A stretch of DNA of 64,000 nt from NCBI GenBank assembly GCA_023213395.1, contig CM041465.1:88109741-88173740 (forward strand), read 5' to 3'. Below, piece after piece: positions 26,975-41,030 of the stretch; position 1 is the first letter of the stretch, and every line of letters begins with the position of its first letter. The DNA is from Cycas panzhihuaensis. Its lineage: Eukaryota; Plantae; Cycadophyta. The position numbers were made by a program, and so were the translations under genes. Under the pieces are notes generated by a model. The model did no database searches and was not told where the DNA came from. It saw only the letters and a program-made list of their open reading frames with translations.

Positions 26975-26992
26975 TAGTGACTATGCTAGGGA
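26975..26992 (+). other. Degenerate PBS of element C
   Basis: tagtgactatgctaggga matches Tat/Ogre-type TGGCGACTCTGCTGGGGA at 14/18; follows tcaata (decayed TCAACA LTR end). Confidence 0.55.
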
Positions 26993-27090
26993 TAAATAGT
27001 CCATCCAACTTACATGTAAAAGTCTATATGTATATATTTTATTATTTCTATATAGAAATTATTTGAACTTATTATTTAGAGTATAAAAGG

Positions 27091-28990
27091 ATGGATCAAT
27101 CATCTAGGAGATCCTTTACCCATTCTCGAGTGAATAAGGGTTTCTAAGGAGGTTTATTTAATTCCCTAGTAAAAACAATAAAAGAACTTATCAAGTGGAT
27201 TTATTGGAAGGAATGGGAGTTCTTCAACACTTGTTGTAAGAAGAACAACCCATGGAAATTATAAAAATGGGAAAAAATCACAATGACAATGTTCTTAATA
27301 ATTATTACTATGGCAATGGTCTTAACAATTATCATAGAAGGATTAATTAGAATCAAAGAATGGTTGTTATAGAAGAAGATCTACCATGGATAATTAATGA
27401 TCCATTAGATCTAGGAGAAGATCCACATGATATACCAGACAAATCTTGGGATGCATATCTTGAATTCTCTAGTAATGGTTCTGTAATAAGTGAGAAACAC
27501 CTTGAATTATTTTCCCTTATAAGCAAGAGGTTTAATATTACACATGAAGATGTTGTAGCTAGATCATTTATGTATTCTTTAGAGGGATGAATGATTAATT
27601 GATTTCAAAGATTATCAAATGGGCCAAGTACTAATTGGTAAAGTTTAATAAACATGTTTAAGCTAGAGTCTTTTAGCTAGAAGCTAAATTTTACTTATGA
27701 AAGAATTATCAACTATTAAAAGAGGGCCTAAGGAAACCATATCTTCTTTCGTAGAAAGATTTGAGAAGATTATCAGTGTCGTCACTCTTTCTTAGACACT
27801 AGATGATGAATATTAGTTAGAATGTTTCTTGAGGGACTTGAAAATGATACCTAAATGATGGTTATAGGTAGAATTCTAGGAGTATGAAGTTTTGAGGAGG
27901 TTAAGGAAATGGTGATAGGATTTTAGAGATTGATGCACAAGTTTGGTAAAATAAATCCTATAGCTACAATATAAGGATGAAAAGAAAATCCTCAAGCTCC
28001 ATGAAATATTATTCTACATTCTCAAAATCTCATTTGGAGGTTGAGCAATGACTTATAATATTGAAAAAGAAAATCAAAAGACAAAGAAGTCCCAAGCATG
28101 ATGAAGAGAACTAATTATTAAGAGGAAGATACTATAAATCAAGAAGATGATTGGGAAAAGCTAGTGGTAATTGAATAGAATATTAGATTCAAAAACTCTT
28201 TAAATGATTATTCTAATGAACAACCTTTGTCTTCTTATTTTACTAATTCTATTATGGCATCTTTTAGGGATCTTGATCGTGAAGACTTTGGTGAGATAGA
28301 CCTGATAGTAATGACAAGAGCCTAATAGGCCAAAAAAGATATTAGCAACTATGGTAATTAATGATTGATATTGTAGGTCCTATAAAGTAGGCAACAAGAA
28401 TATATATTATAAAGAAATAATTTCCTCAAAGATAAACATTAGCTCTTGTATTAAATAATGATGTTATTAGAATTATTCCTTTTAAATATGATATTATCAA
28501 GGATTTCTAAAAATTCCCTATAAACATGAGTTTATACGAGGTAATAAGACTCCTTACATAGAGGAAGAAGATTTTGGAGCCCTACAACTAGATGCTATAA
28601 GCCATAATATTATAGCTTCTCAAGAGGACGGAATCCTGGAGTTTACCATTGTCCCTACAAAATCCAAGAACCTTCATTCTACATTTCCATGAACATCCAT
28701 GATCATTTTATCTTACATAATTGCATTGTAGATATTGAAGCAACCTATTACATAATTTTATATGTAGATATGCAAGATTTAGGATTAGAATATACAAAGT
28801 TAGATGAGCTAATTAGGGTATTTGATTCAAGGGTTGTAGTATAATTAGACAAATAAAAGACTTAATGTTAATCCTTATAGTGAATCTAAGGGTAAATGTT
28901 GTAGTAACCATAATGGTGGTAAATATGCCACCTATTTATCATCTCTTATTGAGAAGAAATTGGGCAAATAAAATTGGTGTAATTCTAAAC
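27091..28990 (+). pseudogene. gag: gag and aspartic protease of element C
   Basis: PLDLGEDPHDIP...EKHLELF...HEDVVARSFMYSLEG; CIVDIEA; PPIYHLLLRRNW. Confidence 0.85.
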
Positions 28991-29214
28991 ATCAATATGA
29001 AGTCTATATCCTTTCTAATTCATACAGACTTGTCATTATGTCTAGAGAAGATTAAAAAGCAAGTTATGTACAGTCACTTAAAGGAAATATTATGGAAGAC
29101 ACATGTAAAGATAACTATACAGGTGTATTCATTATTTTTCCTAAACTCAAAAGCGATGTTGCCTATAGATGAAGAGTAGGAATACCATCCTTATAAGGTT
29201 ATAGATATACTAAT

Positions 29215-29490
29215 TTATAACTTACATTTTGATGGTGCTAAGTCTTATTTTAGAATAGAAGTTAGTATAGTATTGAGATCTCCTATAGGATAATCTTTCT
29301 TATTCTCTTATAAATTGGATTTTAAATGTACTAATAACATAATCGAGTATAAAGCACTATAATCAGGATTACAAAAGGCTCAAAATATGAACTTAAAAGT
29401 GCTTCGAGTACTTGGTGATTCAAAACTAGTTATTTTACAAATCAAAGCTTTATGTTTAACAAAATATAAAAGATTGAAGACCTAAAGATT
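29215..29490 (+). pseudogene. Additional archaeal-type RNase HI (aRH) domain, C-terminally deleted
   Basis: Single frame LHFDGAKS...SYKLDFKCTNNIIEYKAL*SGL...LRVLGDSKLVILQI. Confidence 0.88.
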
Positions 29491-29499
29491 GGCTTTGAT

Positions 29500-31263
29500 G
29501 GCAAAATACAAAAGATTATATCTTTGTGTAAAGACTACTAGGACATCTTTGTTTGATCATATAAGAACCTTAAGTGACTTGTACCTAGTATTATGAAACT
29601 TAAAATTCCCCTTAAGTTAAATACCAAATCTCATAAGTAGAAGAAAAGACTAGTAAATCTAAAGATTGAGCATCTAAACTATAAAGAGGTTTATAAGTTA
29701 AGAGATATAAACATTGTCATTCTAATTCATTTTTCAGAATATGTGGTAAACCTAGTTCCAATAAGAAAGAAGAATGGGGAAATAAGGTTATGCATAGATT
29801 TTAGAGATTTCAATAAACATTCGTTAAAAGATAGCTATCATTTACCCTACATAGAGTAGCTATTACAGATAGTTACAGGCTTGCAAATAAGGTCATTTTT
29901 TATGACTTTTTTGGGTTTAATCAAATACTAGTAGATGAAAAGGATAGACACAAGATGGTATTCACTACTCCTTTGGGAACATTTACTTATAAAAGGATGC
30001 CTTTTAGGATATCAAATATAGGAGCTATATTTCAAAGAGTAATGGATTAGGCATTTAAGGGCTTAGTCATGTATCTTGATGATATAATAGTTTTCTCTAA
30101 AAATAGAGTTGATCATATTCATTATTTAAAATAAGTATTTGAGAGATGCAGATAATTTAGTATCTCTTTATACCTAAAAAAATCATCTTTTGGGTTACTA
30201 AGGGCAGACCACTTAGACATGTAGCTTCTTTAGAAGGAACTTTCATAAACCCTAAAAGAATAAGAGTGATTAAAGAGTTTACCTTACCTACGAACCAAAA
30301 AATAGTTCAATCTTTATTTGACAAAGTTAATTTCCTCAAAAGATTTATTATAGATTCTATTATAATAACACTACCTATCAACAAGTTACTAAGGAAGAAT
30401 GTTGTTTTCAAATAGGATTAGCCTATATAAGAAGCTTTCAAATTAATCAAGCAAGTAATAAATCAAACTCTTGTATTATTAGGATTAATCTTTACTTTAG
30501 ATTTTATAATGTATATATATATACATATGATTAAAATGGTGCATATGTTGTTATGCTCATATAAAAGGATGAGGAAAGAAAAGGAAAACCCATAGCATTC
30601 TTGAGAAAAACATTAAAAGACTATTACTTATCATACACAGAGATTGAGAAATAGGCATATGTCTTAGTAAAGGTTATTGAAGATTTCAAGTCATATATTC
30701 TATATAATCACAATATGGCTTATGTCCCTTCAGCCCCTATAAACGCATTATTTCTTATAACAAATATTTCTAGGATATGAACTAGATGGTTGGTAAAGAT
30801 TTAGGAATTTGATCTAGAAGTAAAGCCCATTAATATTGTTAAAGGCTAAGGTCTCCATGAGCTAATTATAAAGGTGGAGATACAAAACCTATTAAAGCTT
30901 GAATAGGAGTTGGAAGGGTTGGAAGAAGAGGTCATCATTAACTTTATACCAGAAGGTGAGTCACCTCAGTATTATCAACTACTAAGGAATATTCAATATT
31001 ATTTGAGTAAAGTTGGATGCCCTCCTTATTTAGATAGAAGAGGAACTATTTCATTAAAATTTAAAATAACACTATATATTAGAGTTAATAAAAAACTTTA
31101 TAGAATAGGGAATAATTGAGTATTGTTGAGAGGCTTAAATATGAAAGAAGCATATAAAGTTATTGCATAGTTTTAATTAAGAATGTATGGTGGATATTAT
31201 TCAATAGAAGTAATGATCTATAAAATTATAAGAGCTAGTTTTTACTAGCCTATAAATTTTAAA
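29500..31263 (+). pseudogene. pol: RT, RNase H and integrase N-terminus of element C
   Basis: NLVPIRKKNGEIRLCIDFRDFNK; FTTPLGTFTYKRMPF; MYLDDI; YTEIEK*AY; truncated by Copia D. Confidence 0.9.
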
Positions 31264-34200
31264 TGTTAAAAACACCAAATAGATAGATAAGGCACAACAT
31301 CATTTATGTACATAAAAGACTCAAACAAAACAAGCACACAGGATAACATATTTGACATCAGAAACCCTTTTGAGAAAAACCCACCATAGATTATATTATT
31401 AGATTTTGATAAATATACATTCAATATTATAATGGACTTTGATCCTTATTTATAGATCATAAGTGCCTCAAATAATAATATATGAGTTACATCCGTCAAC
31501 CCAATATTACATCATAATTATTACATTAAGAATATTCATACAATATTATACCTTATTTATATTAGTCGATAAGTGATATAATATAACTCTAACATCCCCT
31601 CTTAATGTAAATATGGGGTCTTAAAGTCTTCCTAAGGATTGGTTTATCTCTTTTATCCATGTCGATAGATCCCCCCTCAAGGATAATATCGATAACTCTC
31701 AAATTGCATGAACCTCGATAGTGCAATCTTTAGTAAGAGTTTTGGTGAAACATCCTCAAGTTGGTATTTACTTAGATAAAACTTTAACCTATATATTTCC
31801 TAATTTAATCTACTCTCAAATGTAATGGTGATATGCCTTGTATGTATGTGATTCTTTGGAAGTGTCTCCAACACTCTCTATAACCATACAACTCTCTCTC
31901 TCGTATTAACACTTATTCTATAATACTTAACCTTTTTCCTTTACTAAACCAAGAGGTTGATTCACTTGAGCCATGCAGATCTTCTCTTCAAGTCTCCATT
32001 AAGGAATGCTAACATCTCGTTTATTTGATGTGATTCCTAACTATATGAAGCTGCTAATGTAAGGACCAATCTAACCATAAACAATATAGAGACTGGTATA
32101 AATATCTCCTCATAAATGATTCCTTCTTTATGTGATCCTATCTAACAAGCTTTACCAACTTACAAATTGACTAGGTTCTTTGAGGGGGATAAGGGAACCA
32201 AATCCCACACGTATCACTCCTCCTCTATTGTAGCTCTCCATTGTGAATATCCTCTCTCTAGAATTATTAGCGTCTATTACAAGTTTGACTAGCATGTTGG
32301 TCCTTGTTTTTCAATAATCATCTAGGTATTTAACAATCATACTAAAGTCCTTAATGGTCCTCTTAGCCTATAATGGAACATAAGGTTGCAATTCATGCCT
32401 CTTCTTACAACAACTCCTCATCATTGCTCCTAGTAGGTCTTACTTCCATCTCAAATATAATGTTAGGTATATCAACCTTTATACCTACTAAACCATGGCT
32501 TAGAAAAGGAAGAAATAAAGGATAAAATCCATTTTTAGATGACACTTTAGCATGATACATCATCAACTTTTTAAATTAACATTTAGACTAATCATAATGC
32601 TTTCCCCTTGTAGATCATATAGTTTGTAAGCTTTGTTTTAAACCCCATACAAATGCACTCCAAACTCTTGCGATTCTACTTCTATGATCTACATCTAATA
32701 TGTGTGTAATTAATGCACCAAAATAACCAATAGAAGATTTCTAACTAATCCAACACTCATAAGGGATAATACCATGAATAACCTTAGGAGGTGCCTCACT
32801 AAACAATTATCACAACAACTTCTATCAAAAAATATCAGAGGCAAATACCTATAATACACTAACACCTCTCCATCTACATCATGGTACCATTCTTTCATTT
32901 GCAACATAATCTTACTAGGGTACACGGGATAATTAACTCCCATTTTATACCATGATTAAGGTAGAACTGAATTTAAGGTATTCTTATCATACACTTTTCT
33001 ATTATCACTTCAACTTCATCATAAACACACTATTAAATCTACATTAGACTTGTTTAGATATGCATTAATGTTAAACTATCATCCATTAGGCTATAAACCC
33101 TATGTTATTATCTATTCAACCACCCAAAGTATAATGGTCCACTACAAATTGATAATCACTTAAACAAACAGGCCAAAAAATAATAATTATGAATACTTTA
33201 CCACACACATCTAATATAAAAACACTGTTATATATGAATAAAAACATATCTTTTAATAATGAATGTAATGATTAAAACCATAATACTATTTACTTTGCCT
33301 TGTAGCTCAGTATCTCCATAACAACATGCCACTTCTATCATTCAATAAATATATATTGATGTTGATAGCTTGCCCATTAGTCACCTTGCCCTCTTATCAA
33401 TCAGTGAAAACCATTTCCGTTGATATCTTGCTAAATAAACTCTCTCATGTAATCACATGAAATAAGAGCTTTACATTACCAAATAGTTACCGACTAAGAG
33501 TGCTTAAAACACTCACTTTGCCATTAAAATGTCTTATACATGCCTCATAATGCGATCATATTAGGAAAGAATCCCAAGAAAAAGTCATATGCTTCACAAT
33601 ATATAATTACCATACTTTGCCCACTTGATATACTTAAAGTATCCCCTTATTCAACTTGAATGTTAGATATCACAATATGAATAAAGTATACATTTAGATA
33701 TTCTTCCACTTGATAAAGGTAATTAATATAAAATACACCCATTTTATCCATAATGCCTTATCACATTCATATAACAACATTAGAGAATCAAATATAAATC
33801 AATGAGCAACTTGATATTCAATGGTTAATAAATATACTATAAAAGCTAATGAATACAACTTCAATGGGTAATTATTAATATATATATAATCAAGTGATGA
33901 CTTCATGGCAACTTTATAAATACACAATGGTATGAATAACATTTAGGTAACTTAATATAATACGACTTTGATTAAATCAAATGAGTAGTATAAATCAATA
34001 AAGTGATTATGGGAATACTTTATTAGTTGTAAAGAATTACGACGATTATTCTCTTTACATGGCGACTTAATCCACATATGAGCAATCGAGTTAATATATA
34101 ATCGATGGGTGACTTTGATAAAAAATATCATCAAGCATGATTTCAAATGTATTTCAACATAGATGATGAAATAATATCAAAATGACTTTATAGGTGACTA

Positions 34201-35557
34201 AATTATACATTTAAGTGATTAATATTATCAAACAACAACGAGATATATTACTATGGTGACTTTATCATATATGTGATTAAATTTATCAAACCATGGTGAT
34301 TAAAAATATATGAAGATACCTTTCAGCCATAATAATATTACAACTTTACAACTTAGAACCCTACAATTATAGCGATCTACAACTTGATGTCTGTGTGATT
34401 ATATTTGGCATCTCTCCTACAATCTTCCAAGGGTCTATGCAATATATGTTTGGACTCGGTTGCACTCTCAAACCATGGTGACATGCAAATAGTTCTTACA
34501 TCTGGAGATGTCCTTATATCTACTTCTCTCCATGTGGGTTAATACTCACATATGGCTTAGTTGTAAACTGATCAATACATCGATGCCTACATTCTCTCCA
34601 AGCTCTGTAGTTGTATGCTAGCATGATAATACATTGATACTCATCTACTAATGCATTAATGCCTTTTCTCACGCTCTACACTACTTCAACCATGGCAATG
34701 ATAGCATCTCTCTTACAATGATATATGTCATTACTTCTATGGCTAGGTTGCACTACAAATGGCATCTATCCTACATCCTCGCAATCTTAGATTAGCCCAT
34801 GTACACAAAGATATCTCTCTTTAGTTGTAAATACACGTTTCTTTCTGTAGTACGTAGTGGCACTATAAATAAGAAAATTCAGCACCTTTACATATTCAAA
34901 ACAAATATCAATGATTGGCAATTAAGTAATTAGGGGCTACACACTTGAAAATAGAAGGCACCAACCTTTGCTTCACACCTAAACACCTGAATAAAATAAA
35001 ACAACCTCTTTTACTCCTATATACACCTTTGAAGACCAATGAATCCCTACAAAATAGATAACATAAGGCACTAAGATCTACATGAAATCATTACACCACT
35101 ATGGTTATTCTTTTGGTTGTTGGATAAGCCAATCCTCAAAGGGTGAGCCAACATTACTTGGTAACTAAAGATCAAATAATCTGCCTAACATTCACCTACT
35201 TATGCATGACTATCTATTCTGATACCATATTAGAAAACATTAAATAGATAAATAAGGCATAAGATCATTTATACATAAAAGACATGAACAGAACAAGCAT
35301 ATGAAATAATAGATTTGACATAGGAAACCTTTTTGGGAAAAACCCACCATAAACTATATTATTATATTTTGATAAATCTACATTCAATGTTATAATAGAA
35401 TTTGATCTTTATTTATAGATCATAAGTGTTTCAAATAATAATTTATGAGGTACATCTATCAACCTAATATAACATTACAATTATTACATCAAGAATATTC
35501 ACATAATATTACACCTTAATTACATTAGTTGGTAAGTGATATAATATCACTCTAACA
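31264..35557 (-). mobile_element. Element D: internally deleted, highly decayed Ty1/Copia nested in the integrase of C
   Basis: LTRs 31264-31594 and 35228-35557 (roughly 84% identity by eye); TSD TTAAA; PBS TGGTATCAGA at 35227-35218; PPT at 31595-31605; remnants of INT, RT and RH. Confidence 0.9.
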
Positions 35558-35562
35558 TTAAA

Positions 35563-35719
35563 GATACATATCAAAAGACCAGAAGTTGTGAAGTGTGTCA
35601 AATATTTGTAGGAAAAAAGAAATTAAGCATTATGCCATTAAAAGTAGTCTATGTAGATCAGCCACTTAAGAAGTGGGGTTTGGACTTCATAGGTCCTATA
35701 AACCCACCTTCAAGTAAAG

Positions 35720-35804
<85 letters not shown>

Positions 35805-36600
35805 TTACTACTACAAATTATTTCACTAAATGGATTGAAGTAGTGACTACTAAATTAGGTACTATCAATATAATTATTAATTTTTCATACGAGGTTATAA
35901 TACCAAGATTTAACTTCCCTTCATTTCTTATATTAGATAATGGAGTAGCTTTCACTTCCATAGAGAGGATTAGCTTATGTAATTCAAATAGAATTTGCTT
36001 AAACACATCATCTAATTATTATCTGTAAGGAAATATATTAGTAGAATTGATAGATAAAAATCTTATTAGAATGCTAAAGGCAATAGTTAACAAGAATCAA
36101 AGGTATTGGCACACAAAGCTTTACTAAGATCTATGGGCTAATAGGACTATGTCTAAGGAGGTAATGGGCTTTTCTCCATCTCTGTTAGTATATGGTAAGG
36201 AGGCCCTATTGCCATCTCATTTACTTTTAGATGTTTTTTTATTAGCAAATTATAAGGACTAAGATCCACTTGATAAAAGATGATAAACTTGGTAGCTTTG
36301 GAAGAGAAAATGACTAAAGCGAAGGACAAGTTCCTCAAATATCAAATAAAGATCAAGAAATATTTTGATAAGAAATTTACCTTAGAGAAGTTTTTATGTC
36401 CAAGAGACAATATCCTGAAGTGGGACAAGGCCAAGGAGAAGCTAGATACATAAAGAAAATTTGATTCTCTCTAGCTAGGACTATTTATCATATTGAAGAA
36501 AGTGAGTGGTAACACTTTTAGATTGAAAAATACTTGGGAGAAGAGCTTATTATTCTAGTAAACGATAGGTTCTTGAAACCTTTCTTCCAAATTGAATAAT
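35563..36600 (+). pseudogene. Integrase core and C-terminus of element C
   Basis: SCEVCQIFVGK...WGLDFIGPINPPSSKGH; YFTKWIE; DNGVAF; KFDSL*LGLF. Confidence 0.92.
35723..35802. repeat. (AT)40 microsatellite inside integrase
   Basis: Direct reading. Confidence 0.97.
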
Positions 36601-39600
36601 ATAAGCTATATACACCACCTATAAATATTGTATATATCTTTCTTTTTGCTATAACAAGAATAAGTTTATTTCATTTATTTTAAATAAAGTTAAAATAAGG
36701 ATAGACTCTATTACGTAAATTTGAAGTAGAGTCTACTCTTTGAATTGGGTAATGGAAGTGATCATTCCTCTTTAAATGAATACATACTAATGGAAGCCAA
36801 GTAACAATCTAATAAAATATATAACAACTAGCACACTAGAAAGCATAGTAATTTGAAAAGTTTTTGTGTCTCTTAGATAATATAGTGGACTCAAGTAAGA
36901 AGGCTATGAGAATAATAATTCCTAGTCATAAAAGATAATCAGTGGAACTATACCTATACCATTATAAAAATAATGAATATTGAAAAAATGGTTGAAAATT
37001 TAATCCAAAATGATATAGTTGAACCTATTACCCAAGCATTTTATGAGGAAGTTCAAATGTCAAATACACTTTTAAGCAATACCTTATATCAGATCCTAGA
37101 CAAATTAATAATCATGATAATAGGTAAAAAAGAGGATATAATTATACCTAACTTGAAAGGCAAAGGAATTAGTTAGTAGTAATATATTAGAATTTGACTT
37201 AGAAGAGATAATTTTGGACCTAGAATAACTCAATTAAATCTTGATAATGAACCTATTAGAAAATACTTTAATAACTACCAAAATCTATCACTTGAAGAAC
37301 AAAAAGTGGTGGGATTTTAAGCATATTTTAATTATTTATAAACTATACAATCTCAAAAGAAAAAAAAATATAGAAAAATTTGTGATCTAACACTTTAACA
37401 TTAAGCAAAAACATATAAACTAAGAGTGTGGATTCAACAAATGAAAAATTATTTTCTTTTAATAGAAATTGAGTCAACTAAGTAAGTTACTTTAGCAACA
37501 TTACATATAGATAAAATTATATGTGAATGGTGATAGAGCTTAGAGCACATCACATTTTGAAACTAATTATTAACATAGAAAATATTTATTTATTTATTTA
37601 TTGAGAGATTTAAAACTGTAACTAATTATGATTACTATTAGGAATTACAAAAATTAAGACAAATAGGAACTATAGAATAATATAACATGGCATTCATTAA
37701 ATTAAGTTATGTACTAGAAGATATCCTAACTAGTAGGCTTATTCAATTATACATTGATGGCTTAATTATGGAAATTCAAATTGATCTCAAATTCAAGATC
37801 CAAAAGATCTCAATAAAGTAATACAATTAGTCATAATATAGGATGATAAGATCAACAAGCTAAGAAAAACTAAAATAAGACTCTATATTCCCCCATTTTC
37901 TCATCCTAATCCACTACCAACCATTTGACCTAATCCCTTTGCTAGCTAGATCTAACCAGTCTATCAAAACTATGATTCAATAAATGAGAGCAAATTAAGA
38001 AAATTTAAGGAAAAAAAAATCTATGTTTTAGATGTACCAAAAGATGCGTACTAATTCATAAATATAAAAAAAAAAAGTCAGATATAATTAAGCTATTTCT
38101 TATAATAGAAAATAAAGGATATAATAAAGAGGAAAACTTGGAAATAATCCAAGAAGATTATCATGACCCTCAAGAAGACAACTACCATCATGAGCTTGGT
38201 ATTCTAAAAAAGTCAATTTTAGTTATGAGTGGTCTCACGGAATCAGATACATTGAAACTAAGGGGCTTTATAAAAAACAAGTTGTTACAATCTTAATAGA
38301 TCCTAGGAGAACTCATAATTTTATAAATAGGATCCTTTCTTAATACTTAAGGTTATTTCCCTCAAGAATGTCTCCCTTTTAAGTAAGTGTGGAAGGATAA
38401 TAAATTATCTGAGGATAAGGTATAATAAAGAACCTTAAAATCATGATTTCTAATATAGCTATCACATAAAATCTCTACATGCTTGATGTAGGAGGAGTAG
38501 ATATCATTTTTGGAATCCAATGACTTAAAATTCTTGGCACCTTTGAAATGAACTTAGATGAATTATTTATGAGATATAAAAAAGAGGTAAAATTATTATA
38601 TTTTAGGGAGAAAGACAAGGGGCTACCTAATTAATATCCTATAAGTGTATGAAAATCTTAATTAAAAAGGGTCATAGAGGTATAATGGTTCAACTATTTT
38701 CAATCTAAGAAAAAAAGATACTAATAACCGAAGAAAATAAACTAAAAAAAGTTATTCAAAAATATAATGAAGTCTTTGAAGACCTTCTAGTAGAATTACC
38801 CCTTAGCAAGGAATGAAATATCATATTAAGCTTGAGCCTAGTAGTAACCTAATTGGCATTCATCTATATTGACACCTACATCACTATCAAAATAAAACTA
38901 AAAAGATTATATAGGGACTACTAGATATAGGAGCAACAGTTTCCAATAAGAGCCCATTTTTAGCTCATATAATCTTGGTTAAGAAAAAGGATAAGTCTTA
39001 TCATATGTATGTAGATTATGAAGTATTAAATAACATTATAATAAAAAATAAATTCTTTCCACCAAGAATTGATGAGCTATTAGATGGGTTATAAGGAGAA
39101 AAGTATTTTTTCAAAAATATATCTAAGATCTTGATATCATCAAATTTGAATCAAGCTAAAAGATACGTATAAGACTACTTTTAGTATATACCATATCCAT
39201 TTTGAATTCAAAATAATACCTTTTGGCCTTACTAATACATTGACCATATTCCAAGTTATTATGAATAAAGTCCTTAGGCCTTTCCTATGGAAATTCATTT
39301 TGGTTTTATTTGATAACATATTAATATTTAACAAAAATTAAAAGGAACATATAGACCATATAGACCAAGTGTTAAATGTTCTAAAAGAATAAAAGTTCTT
39401 TGCTTAAAAATCAAAGTATTCCTTTGGGAAAAAAAAGAAATAGAGTATGTAGGACATCTCATCTCAAAATAAGGAATAAAAGCTAATCCAAAAAAGATCA
39501 AGGCCATCTAAGAATGTCCTACACTTAAAAATATCAACAAACTTAGAGGTTTCTTAGAGTTAACAAGATACTATTGATGTTTTATTAAGAACTATACACA

Positions 39601-41030
39601 AAAAATGTCTACATTAACTTACATATTTAAAAAAGACTCCTTCTAGTGGAATGATGAAGTAGTAACTTGTTTTGAACAACTCAAATAAATCATGACTTGC
39701 CTCCCTATATTAACTTCACCAGACATTCCTAAGATATTCACGATAGAATTTAATGCTTTAGGAATAGGGATTGATGCAATATTAATATAGGAAGAGAAAT
39801 GCATTGCATTAAAAAGTAGAAAGTTAAACAACAAAGATCAACTTAAATCCATGTATGATAAAGAAATATTAACTATTATATATTACTTAGTTAAATGGTG
39901 TTAATATCTATTATATAGTAAGTTTATAGTAAAAATAGATCATAAGAATTTATAATACCTCTTAAAGCTAAAAGAGTTATCTCCAAAATAATAAAAGTAA
40001 GTGAGCAAAATATAAGCATTCAAATTTGACATAATATATTACAAAGGAAAACTTAATGTGGTGGATAATGCTTTATACTAAAGAGATGAAGAACCTTAGT
40101 ATGATACAAAACACTAGTTGAACATAGCTTTGATGATAGAACCATTATAGATAACAAAAATACAATCAAAGTATTCTAAGGGCCTCAACTTCTAATAAAT
40201 AATTTAAGGAATTTAACAAGAAAATAATAATAAATTTGAATGGAAAAAGGACATTCTTTAGTATAAAGGATGAATATTCTTTGGGTAAAATTCTTAATTT
40301 CAAACCAAAGTATTAGAAGAAGCACATGCAGTACCATCTACAGGACATGAGGGCTTCTTCAAAACATATGCTAGTATTAAACAATCATTTTTCTAGGAGG
40401 GAATAAAAAAAGAAATCTATAAGTTTATTCTTGAATGTCTAGTTTATTAGGTAAATAAATATAAACTCATAACTATACTAAGATTACTGTAACCCTTATC
40501 TATCCCATAATAAAAATGGGAAAGTGTTAGCATGGATTTTATTATAGGATTGCCAAAGGGAAAGATGTTATGTATGTGGTAGTTGATCATCTAATAAAAT
40601 TCACTCATTTCATACCCATTCAATCCACAAATAAAGCTCCTAAGTTAGTAGAAATATTTATCAAAGAGGTATATAAATTATATAGTTTCACTCATAACAT
40701 TATTAGTGATAGGGATCCTAAAAATTTGAGCTACTTCTGGTAGGGGATATTTAACCAAGTTGGTACGAAGTTAGAAATGAGTAAGAGTTACCATCCATAG
40801 ACAAATGATCAAACTGAGGCAATTAACAAATGCTTAAAAAACTACTTAAGGAACTATATGGCTAAAAAGCAAAGCTCATGGGTCGAATGGCTATATTTAG
40901 CTAAAGCTTAGTATAATTCTTCTTATCATTTATCCATTAAAATAACCTCATTCTAAGTTTTATATGACTAGCAACCAACTTAACTAAAGGATTAGATATC
41001 TAAGGATAGTAAAGTTTTTTCAGTAAATAA

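Larger units (their letters stand above)
26322..37300 (+). mobile_element. Element C: degenerate Ty3/Gypsy Tat element with order gag-PR-aRH-RT-RH-INT (TatII-like), interrupted by Copia D; outer limits approximate
   Basis: PBS-like site at 26975; gag HEDVVARSFMYSLEG; PR; aRH; RT RKKNGEIRLCIDFRD and YLDD; RH; INT WGLDFIGPINPPSS. Confidence 0.88.
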
